NCBI GenBank assembly: GCA_050298595.1
Contig: JBNKUM010000094.1
Coordinates: forward strand, 96,001-160,000
Direction: 5' to 3'
From: Gammaproteobacteria bacterium
GTDB lineage: Bacteria; Pseudomonadota; Gammaproteobacteria; GCA-001735895
DNA length: 64,000 nt
Under the pieces are notes generated by a model. The model saw only the letters and a list, made by a program, of their open reading frames with translations, did no database searches and was not told where the DNA came from. The translations under genes and the position numbers were made by a program. This document shows, one piece after another, positions 38,434-46,265 of the stretch. How positions within the stretch are numbered: the first letter of the stretch is position 1; each line of letters opens with the position of its first letter.

Positions 38434-39849
38434 ATGAATAAATTGCTGGTGTTGTTATCAGGATTGGTCGCCATGATCATTCCAGGGTTAGGTGTGGCTG
38501 CGGCCGAAGTTATTGAAAAACCACTGGATCTCACGTCCAGTACGGTGGGCTATGCAGCCATATTAATTTTTGTAGTGGCCTACCTGTTTGTCATGGCTGA
38601 GGAATTCACCCATTTGCGTAAATCCAAGCCTGTAATACTGGCTGCAGGTTTGATCTGGGGAATGATTGCTCTGGTGTATCAGGGGCATCCGGGTATGGAA
38701 GCGCTACCTGAGCATGCGATTCGCCACAACCTCCTCGAGTATGCAGAATTAATGCTGTTTCTGCTGGTTGCTATGACCTATGTAAACAGTATGGATGAGC
38801 ATCGGGTTTTTGATGTGCTGAGGGTTAAACTGGTCAGCTCTGGACTGGGATTTAGAGCAGTGTTCTGGATTACCGGCCTATTGGCATTTTTTATCTCACC
38901 AGTTGCAGATAACCTGACAACAGCGCTGTTGATGTGTGCGGTAGTGATGGCTGTTGGAGGCACTAATACCAGGTTTGTCACGCTTTCCTGTATCAATATT
39001 GTGATTGGTGCTAATGCCGGAGGTGCCTACTCTCCATTTGGTGACATTACTACTTTAATGGTATGGCAGAAAGGTTTAGTCCATTTCTGGGGTTTCTTTG
39101 CGCTATTTGCACCTGCGGCGGTCAATTTTCTGGTGCCTGCTGCTTTCATGCATTTCGCGATACCGAATGAAAAACCTGAGCCGAATACTGAAGATATTCA
39201 AATGAAACGTGGTGCGAAACGCATCATTATACTTTTTCTGCTAACGATTATTACTGCGGTTTCTTTTCATAACTTTCTGCACTTGCCTCCAGTCATTGGC
39301 ATGTTGACGGGGCTTTCCTATCTGCAAATCTTTGGCTATTACCTGAAAAAGACCAGCAAGGTGGCTCAGGCAGGGCCGAATAACTCGCTGGGAGAGATTG
39401 TACCTTTTGATGTGTTTGTGCCTGTGGCTCGTGCAGAGTGGGACACGCTGCTGTTTTTCTACGGCGTGGTTGCCTGTGTGGGTGGCCTGGGATTTCTGGG
39501 ATATCTAGGTCTGGTATCTGAGCTGATGTATACGCAATGGGGCGCTACTACTGCCAATGTGACTGTTGGAGTCCTTTCGGCCATCGTTGATAATATTCCG
39601 GTTATGTTTGCGGTATTGACGATGAACCCGGAAATGTCTACCGGCCAATGGTTGCTGGTTACCTTGACTGCTGGCGTAGGAGGTTCATTGCTCTCAATCG
39701 GATCAGCCGCAGGTGTTGCTTTGATGGGTCAGGCTCGCGGACAGTATACCTTTTTTGGGCATTTGAAATGGATGCCGGTTATCGCCCTGGGCTATGCCGC
39801 CAGCATTTGGGTTCACTTTTGGGTTAACGCATCACTGTTTAATCTCTGA
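38434..39849 (+). CDS. nhaD: Na+/H+ antiporter NhaD, copy 1
   Basis: LRKSKP, SPVADNLTTAL, ANAGGAYSPFGDITTLM, SAIVDNIP, SIGSAAGV. Confidence 0.93.
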   Translation: MNKLLVLLSGLVAMIIPGLGVAAAEVIEKPLDLTSSTVGYAAILIFVVAYLFVMAEEFTHLRKSKPVILAAGLIWGMIALVYQGHPGMEALPEHAIRHNLLEYAELMLFLLVAMTYVNSMDEHRVFDVLRVKLVSSGLGFRAVFWITGLLAFFISPVADNLTTALLMCAVVMAVGGTNTRFVTLSCINIVIGANAGGAYSPFGDITTLMVWQKGLVHFWGFFALFAPAAVNFLVPAAFMHFAIPNEKPEPNTEDIQMKRGAKRIIILFLLTIITAVSFHNFLHLPPVIGMLTGLSYLQIFGYYLKKTSKVAQAGPNNSLGEIVPFDVFVPVARAEWDTLLFFYGVVACVGGLGFLGYLGLVSELMYTQWGATTANVTVGVLSAIVDNIPVMFAVLTMNPEMSTGQWLLVTLTAGVGGSLLSIGSAAGVALMGQARGQYTFFGHLKWMPVIALGYAASIWVHFWVNASLFNL

Positions 39850-39857
39850 ACATTATT

Positions 39858-39897
39858 TCAAGGCGGTCCAGGTGCTGGGGCAGTACTGGACCGTTGA
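39858..39897. other. Intergenic inverted repeat between the nhaD copies
   Basis: TCAAGGCGGTCCAGGTGCTG-GGG-CAGTACTGGACCGTTGA, imperfect stem, no U-tract. Confidence 0.5.
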
Positions 39898-40005
39898 GTA
39901 TTCATTACTCAATCCTTCCTGTATAAAAAAACCAGCCTTGACACCACAATTTCATCTAAGCAAGATAGGGTCTTCTGTGCATATTTAACAGGACTCTCAG
40001 GGCTT

Positions 40006-41427
40006 ATGAAAAGACTGATATTGGTTCCAGCACTTATATTACTTTGTCTGTTTCCCGTCACCAGTTTTGCTATTGAAGAATTGATAGCTCTGGACCTTAC
40101 TGCTGACACTGTCGGCATCTTCTCCTTAATCGTTTTCATCTTCGCCTATCTATTGGTGATGGCAGAGGAGTTCACCCGCCTGCGTAAATCCAAGCCTGTA
40201 ATTATTGCTGCCGGTATTATCTGGGCTTCCATAGCCTGGGTATATCGTGGTCACCCAGGCATGGAAATTCTGCCGGAGAATGCCGTGCGTCATAATCTGT
40301 TGGAGTATGCAGAATTGATGTTGTTTCTGCTGGCAGCTATGACCTACATCAATGCCATGGATGAGCGTAATGTGTTCGAAGCACTACGTTCAAAACTGGT
40401 CGCGACCGGATTTGGTTTTCGCAGCTTATTCTGGATCACAGGTATGCTGTCTTTCTTTATCTCTCCAGTGGCAGATAATCTGACCACAGCGTTATTAATG
40501 TGTGCAGTGGTGATCGCAGTGGCAGGAGATAATGATCGTTTTGTGTTATTAGGCTGTATCAATATCGTCATTGCGGCCAATGCGGGTGGTGCCTTTTCTC
40601 CATTTGGTGATATCACGACCTTGATGGTGTGGCAGAAAGGTATTGTCGATTTCTGGGGCTTTTTTGCACTGTTTGTTCCTTCGCTAGTGAATTATCTGGT
40701 GCCTGCGGCTTTTATGCATTTTGCGGTACCCAATGAGAAGCCAGAGGCTGCGGATGATAATGTGGCGATGAAGCGCGGTGCTAAACGTATCATACTGTTG
40801 TTTCTGTGTACCATCATCACTGCGGTAAGCTTTCATAACTTCCTGCATCTGCCTCCGGTGATAGGTATGTTGACCGGTCTGGGTTATCTGAAAGTGTTTG
40901 GGTATTATCTAAAAGTAACGCATAAAAATGGAGGAGACAAAAACGAGCCGACTACTCTGCATCCTGCAGTGGGAGATGTTGTGCCCTTCGACGTTTTTCA
41001 GGGTGTTGCACGAGCGGAGTGGGATACCTTATTGTTCTTTTATGGTGTGGTTGCCTGTGTAGGAGGATTGGGTTTTATAGGTTATCTGGAATTGGTGTCA
41101 GAGTTGATGTACACCCAGTGGGGTGCGACTTCAGCCAATATTACGGTCGGCCTGTTGTCGGCAATCGTTGATAATATTCCAGTTATGTTTGCTGTACTCA
41201 CCATGCTGCCAGAGATGTCGCAGGGGCAATGGTTGTTGGTTACCCTGACAGCCGGTGTGGGTGGGTCACTACTCTCAATTGGTTCGGCAGCAGGGGTAGC
41301 GCTTATGGGCCAGGCAAGGGGAAAATATACCTTCTTCGGTCACCTCAAATGGTCACCTGTCATTGCTATAGGGTATGCAACCAGCATTGCAGTTCACCTG
41401 TGGCTGAATGAATCGTTATTCATTTAA
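40006..41427 (+). CDS. nhaD: Na+/H+ antiporter NhaD, copy 2
   Basis: Same motifs as copy 1 and colinear with it over the full length. Confidence 0.93.
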   Translation: MKRLILVPALILLCLFPVTSFAIEELIALDLTADTVGIFSLIVFIFAYLLVMAEEFTRLRKSKPVIIAAGIIWASIAWVYRGHPGMEILPENAVRHNLLEYAELMLFLLAAMTYINAMDERNVFEALRSKLVATGFGFRSLFWITGMLSFFISPVADNLTTALLMCAVVIAVAGDNDRFVLLGCINIVIAANAGGAFSPFGDITTLMVWQKGIVDFWGFFALFVPSLVNYLVPAAFMHFAVPNEKPEAADDNVAMKRGAKRIILLFLCTIITAVSFHNFLHLPPVIGMLTGLGYLKVFGYYLKVTHKNGGDKNEPTTLHPAVGDVVPFDVFQGVARAEWDTLLFFYGVVACVGGLGFIGYLELVSELMYTQWGATSANITVGLLSAIVDNIPVMFAVLTMLPEMSQGQWLLVTLTAGVGGSLLSIGSAAGVALMGQARGKYTFFGHLKWSPVIAIGYATSIAVHLWLNESLFI

Positions 41428-41459
41428 ATCCTTTGTCGATAATTATCCCCGCTTAGAAA

Positions 41460-43190
41460 TCAGGGGCATTCCTCAAATATCTGGGAATGACATTTCAGGC
41501 AAATTTCTGTATCCATTTTTTTGTAGATAGTTTTAATTGCCTGAGTTTTAGAATCGAAGAAGTTACTACTACCTACATGTTTGATAAACCCAGCGCGAGC
41601 AGCAAATTCGTAAACAGAGGATTTAAGTCCGAGAAAATACAGGCCCCCACCAAGTTTCTTTAGTCGTATTTGCTCAGCTTCCAGAGCCTCTATACCTGCC
41701 AGGTCGATAAAATTGATGCCACTTCCAATAATCAAAATATGATAAATCCTTTCGTTATCGACAATGGTAGTCAATCGTTTTTGAATGTGATTGATCGACC
41801 CGAAATAGACAGACATGTCAATGCGGATAATCTTGAGTTGTGGGCATTGCTTAATGGGCTTGCTGTCAATATTGACCAGCTTGCGATGGGAGGCACCGGG
41901 TGGTTCATCAAAAGATAGCGTAGGAATTCTTGGGGTAGATGTTTTAGCCAGAAAGAAAATTAACGACAGCAAGACACCGAGATAAATGGCAAATTCCAGC
42001 TCCAGGAATAAGGTGGCAAAAAAGGTCGTCAGCAATACTGCAGATTCAGATTTACTTAAAGCCAGGGTGGTTTTTATATGGTGAACATCGACCAGGTTGT
42101 AAGCCACCAGAAGAATGACACCGCCCATTGCCGCAATTGGAAGATAAGCGGTTAGGGGAGCAATGAGTAATACTATGATCATAAGCGAGAGTGCAGCAAA
42201 AATTGCTGACATCGGTGTTCTGGCTCCCGCATCATAGTTAATACCAGAACGCGTAAAAGATCCTGACCCCGCATAACTGGAGAGGAAGCTTCCGACGGTA
42301 TTGGAAAGCCCCTGACCGATGAATTCCTGATTAGGATCGATGCGCTGGCTGGATTTTGTGGCAACCGCACGACTTATGGATACAGCTTCAATGAGACCAA
42401 GAAGTGCCACCGCAAATGCCTCAGGGGCTAACATGCGGATGGTTTCAAAGCTGAATTCAGGGACGGAGAAAGGAGGTAAGTGTGCAGGTATTTCACCGAC
42501 CAGTTTAATGCTGTCGGAATAATTTTTTAATATCAGGGCCAGAAGACTTCCAACTACCATGCCGGCGAGTAAATTCGGTATCTTTGGAGTGTATTTTTTT
42601 ACTGCCAAAGCAGAGATCAGGGTGATTATTGCTATACCAAAGAGATAGGGGTTTATATCCCCAATACCATTAAACATATCAATCCAGGTATGTAAAAAAG
42701 ATTCTCCTTTGGGTACGTAAATACCTGTAATACTCTTCATCTGGCTGGTTGCTATCAAAATTGCTGCACCAGCGGTAAATCCTATTACCACGGTATGAGA
42801 AACAAAATTAACCAGCACACCAAGTCGGGCTAAACCAAACCCCAGCTGATAGATACCGGCGAGAAAAGTAAGCGTTAGTGATAAAGAGATAAATTCAGCT
42901 GATCCGGGGTCTGCATAGTTGCTGATGGCAGAAAAGACAACGATAGAAATGGCGGTTGTAGGACCAGATACCAGATGAAAGGATGAGCCAAAAAGCGCTG
43001 CGATAATTGGGGTCACCATTGCGGTGTATAAGCCATACTCAGGAGGCAGGCCGGCAATGGTGGCAAATGCGACGCCCTGTGGTAACACAATCACGGCACC
43101 CGTAAGGCCAGCTGATAGATCAGCCTTGATAGTCTCTTTGGAAACTAACCGGAACCATTTTAAAAATGGAAGAAAACTTAATAAATTCAT
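41460..43190 (-). CDS. SulP/SLC26 anion transporter with STAS domain
   Basis: PQGVAFA, GLPPEYGLY, GPT, NQEFIGQG, GSFTRS, STAS NFIDLAG. Confidence 0.95.
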   Translation of the reverse strand: MNLLSFLPFLKWFRLVSKETIKADLSAGLTGAVIVLPQGVAFATIAGLPPEYGLYTAMVTPIIAALFGSSFHLVSGPTTAISIVVFSAISNYADPGSAEFISLSLTLTFLAGIYQLGFGLARLGVLVNFVSHTVVIGFTAGAAILIATSQMKSITGIYVPKGESFLHTWIDMFNGIGDINPYLFGIAIITLISALAVKKYTPKIPNLLAGMVVGSLLALILKNYSDSIKLVGEIPAHLPPFSVPEFSFETIRMLAPEAFAVALLGLIEAVSISRAVATKSSQRIDPNQEFIGQGLSNTVGSFLSSYAGSGSFTRSGINYDAGARTPMSAIFAALSLMIIVLLIAPLTAYLPIAAMGGVILLVAYNLVDVHHIKTTLALSKSESAVLLTTFFATLFLELEFAIYLGVLLSLIFFLAKTSTPRIPTLSFDEPPGASHRKLVNIDSKPIKQCPQLKIIRIDMSVYFGSINHIQKRLTTIVDNERIYHILIIGSGINFIDLAGIEALEAEQIRLKKLGGGLYFLGLKSSVYEFAARAGFIKHVGSSNFFDSKTQAIKTIYKKMDTEICLKCHSQIFEECP

Positions 43191-43625
43191 AGGTTGCACA
43201 AATAATTATCAGAATCACCAGGCATTAGGAGCTAGGCCCTGAAACCGGGATGTGAGTGTTAATTTAAGTAGTTTCAGTCCCTTGACGCCTTTGAGAACTG
43301 ATTGATGCCTTTAAAAAATCAGATTTATCGCCAGGCTTAGGTGAATGTAGGGCCGCATACGTAAAACAGTATATTATTATAATTAAATGTTTGGTTTTTT
43401 GATAGGGATAATATCCATCCTGTGAAGAATTTATGCACATTATTTAAGTAATTATCCCCATTTTTTCAAATTACTCATCGATAAAAAGAATATGAGTAAT
43501 TTTTAACGAACACACGAGTTTTAAATGCTTCACATTATTAAGGGCATAAAAATAAGGTTGTCCCTTTCAGTAAACACTGAGCGCTAGAATCCAGGTTGAA
43601 AACAGTATGAATACCTGATTATGTG

Positions 43626-44906
43626 TTAAAAAACTAATCGGGTTGAAAGATAAAATTTTGAATATTCACTTTTCGGGTCATAGGCATAATCGATTACAAG
43701 GTCTGTCTTGACGAAGGACTTTAACTTCCAGCGCAATCCGATACCTATCGTTTGTCTCCACTCATCTTCATCGATGTAACTGGAGTCTTCGAACAGGTAG
43801 CCCATGTCTGTGAATAGCGAGGTACGCAATGAAGGCCAGCTTTCATATCCAGTAACATATTCGATATTCGCCAGATACAGGCTGTTCCCCGATATACTTC
43901 CTGACTCAATGCCGCGCAGGCTATTCGCACCACCAATCGAATAATTGAACTGATTGAAGATTTTTTCAGAGGTGAAGTCTACGATAAAGCGGATATTCAG
44001 GTTATCCAGCTGATTAAGTGGATAGTAGTAGCGTGTTTCAAAGCGTAAGCGATAAGCATTGAAATCGCTGCCTAGAAGGCTTGTGCCCTGACTCAGTTCA
44101 AGACTGTGATACCGTCCAATACGACGATAAATCTGCTCGCTCACCTTGTCATATTCGAGCTGGACTCCAAGGGTATTGTAGTCACCGGGCTCTATGGATA
44201 CGTTTTCGTCTGATCCGTCTATAGCCCTGTTGTGTAAAATCATTTTGGCGAATACCCCAACAGGTTGAGTAGTCCAGGGTGTATGCCACACTCTGCCAAC
44301 TAGAAAGGAAAACTCCCTGTTCTGATCAGTGACTGACTGAGCTGTGTCTGCCAGCAGGGTATCAGTGGATTGATAACCCCAGCGTAATTCATAGGCCAGG
44401 TTGAGAGGATTCAGCTCGTAATACGCATTGAAGCGATTAGCCGTATTTCCATTGGCATAATCTTTTTTGGATACCAGCATTGACAGGTTCTGATCAACTC
44501 CAAATAACTGATATCCGCGAAATTCGAATCCTGTATCAATATCGCCATTGCCGTTACGGCTGATCCTTGGGTAGGCAAGGAAAAACCTTTTTTCCTTGAT
44601 ATGAATAGAAATTACAGTCTGCTCGCTACATAGGCCCTGATACTCAACATTGACTTCTGAAAAGTAGCCGGTATTTAGTATTTCCTGTCGCACCTGATCT
44701 ATATCCTGCTGAGATACCTGTTGTCCTTTGTGTAGCTTCGACCACTTTAACAGATAGTCGGGTTTGATCTTCTGGTTGCCGCTAAACACAATATCCTGAA
44801 TGGTCGATTGGCAATCTGTTTCAGCAACTGCGGGAAATGGAGTTGCACTGCTCAATAACAGTAACAGGATGAGAAACTTTTGTGGGGACAAAGAAACTGG
44901 TCTCAA
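43626..44906 (-). CDS. Omp85/BamA-TamA superfamily outer-membrane protein with one clear POTRA
   Basis: Signal peptide, POTRA (FSGNQK..TGYF..V), GGANSLRG motif, GIGLRW, C-terminal Phe. Confidence 0.85.
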   Translation of the reverse strand: MRPVSLSPQKFLILLLLLSSATPFPAVAETDCQSTIQDIVFSGNQKIKPDYLLKWSKLHKGQQVSQQDIDQVRQEILNTGYFSEVNVEYQGLCSEQTVISIHIKEKRFFLAYPRISRNGNGDIDTGFEFRGYQLFGVDQNLSMLVSKKDYANGNTANRFNAYYELNPLNLAYELRWGYQSTDTLLADTAQSVTDQNREFSFLVGRVWHTPWTTQPVGVFAKMILHNRAIDGSDENVSIEPGDYNTLGVQLEYDKVSEQIYRRIGRYHSLELSQGTSLLGSDFNAYRLRFETRYYYPLNQLDNLNIRFIVDFTSEKIFNQFNYSIGGANSLRGIESGSISGNSLYLANIEYVTGYESWPSLRTSLFTDMGYLFEDSSYIDEDEWRQTIGIGLRWKLKSFVKTDLVIDYAYDPKSEYSKFYLSTRLVF

Positions 44907-44911
44907 CTTAA

Positions 44912-45820
44912 TTACAGTGCAGGTTTAAATAAGTGAGCCTGTTGTAACACATAATCACGAAATTTTTCTGCCAATGGCGACAGGCGTTTGTCCTTACGCT
45001 GAACCAGATACCAGCTACGAATGATTGGGAACCCTTCGGCTTTGATAATCTTTAAGCGCTGCTCTTTGAGTTCATGTTCAAGCGTATGAATCGATACTAC
45101 ACCAAGGCCGAGGCCGACAGCGACAGCCTGTTTGATAGCTTCATTGCTGTTCATTTCCATGGTCGGATTTAAGGCTTTATCATTTTCATTAAAGAATCGT
45201 TCCATTGCCTGCCGGGTGCCGGAGCCGGGTTCGCGTACCACAAAGCCATGTTCCAGCAACTGATTAATAGTGGCAGGGTGCTTTTGCTGGTTTAGCTGGT
45301 GCTCAGGTGAGGCAATAACGACTAGTGGATTTTCCATAAAGGCAACGGTATGCAGGTTCATATTCTCTGGTGGCTGCCCCATCAATACGATATCGGCCTG
45401 ATTATTAGCTAGCTGTTCGATCAATCCTGCACGATTAGTCACATCAAAGCTGATATGCATGTCCGGGTTGAGTGCATTAAAACTGGCCAGTAGTCGGGTG
45501 GCAACCGCAGATACAGTGGAGGCAACTACCAGTTTTAATTTCCCCTGATGACCTTCATTGATCAGTTTAAGTTGCTGTTCAGTTTGCTCAATCTGCTGCA
45601 GTATATTGTGACTAAGCAGCAGCATTTCTTCACCGGCATCAGTGAGTTGAACCTTTCTGCCCTGTTTATTAAGCAAGGGAGTGCCCACCATTTCTTCCAG
45701 TTGTTTGACTTGCATGGATACCGCTGGTTGGGTCAGATGCAAATGCCTGGCCGCCTGAGTAAAGGTTTTATGTCTGGCGACTTCTGAGAAAACCTTAAGC
45801 TGTCTGATTGTAATATTCAT
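44912..45820 (-). CDS. cbbR: CbbR-type LysR regulator
   Basis: TIRQLKVF, LMGQPP, FMENPLVVIA, REPGSGTR, SNEAIKQAV; lies near cbbM. Confidence 0.88.
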   Translation of the reverse strand: MNITIRQLKVFSEVARHKTFTQAARHLHLTQPAVSMQVKQLEEMVGTPLLNKQGRKVQLTDAGEEMLLLSHNILQQIEQTEQQLKLINEGHQGKLKLVVASTVSAVATRLLASFNALNPDMHISFDVTNRAGLIEQLANNQADIVLMGQPPENMNLHTVAFMENPLVVIASPEHQLNQQKHPATINQLLEHGFVVREPGSGTRQAMERFFNENDKALNPTMEMNSNEAIKQAVAVGLGLGVVSIHTLEHELKEQRLKIIKAEGFPIIRSWYLVQRKDKRLSPLAEKFRDYVLQQAHLFKPAL

Positions 45821-45851
45821 GTAAAATGTCAATTATTAGTTATGGTTTGAT

Positions 45852-45887
45852 TATAATGTATTGCTTATATTTTTTATTAAAACTGTG
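45852..45887. promoter_or_regulatory. CbbR-type box upstream of cbbR
   Basis: TATAA-N8-TTATA, 6 bp gap, then ATTAAAACTGTG. Confidence 0.55.
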
Positions 45888-45929
45888 GGCGTTACTTATA
45901 TATTTAAATCATTATCTTTGATCACCTAA

Positions 45930-46265
45930 ATGACAGCGACTGCGTTGATGCTGTCAGCCTGTGGTGGCAATGGCAATGATAACGACATTGATAACGGCAA
46001 AACTGTTGATGTCAACAAACCAGGTTTGCCAGTAGGCCTGGGCTATGAGCTGTATGTGGCTATCTCTTATCTTGACAAATACCCACTGCCAGCACAGGAC
46101 TATCTGCATTTGAATGATGGCAATGGTCATTTCAATCGCGACGAGAATCCTGTGGTGACAGCTTCAGCGGATATGGTGGCAAGCTGGATTCAACTTCATT
46201 GCTCCGAATATCAAGGGATCGTAATCATCGAATCTGTCCCCTTAAATTCTTCGCTATTAGTTTAA
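45930..46265 (+). pseudogene. Short or truncated lipoprotein-like ORF
   Basis: Lipobox LSAC with no basic n-region; 3' end runs into the convergent kinase gene. Confidence 0.35.

Noticed and set aside
41460-41505. CLKCH at the SulP C-terminus as a heme c site
   Set aside because: It follows the cytoplasmic STAS domain, out of reach of cytochrome c maturation; more likely a Cys/metal motif
43200-43620. Possible riboswitch upstream of SulP (CTGAAAC...GTTTCAG pairing)
   Set aside because: No known aptamer consensus recognisable by eye; an Rfam/Infernal scan would be needed
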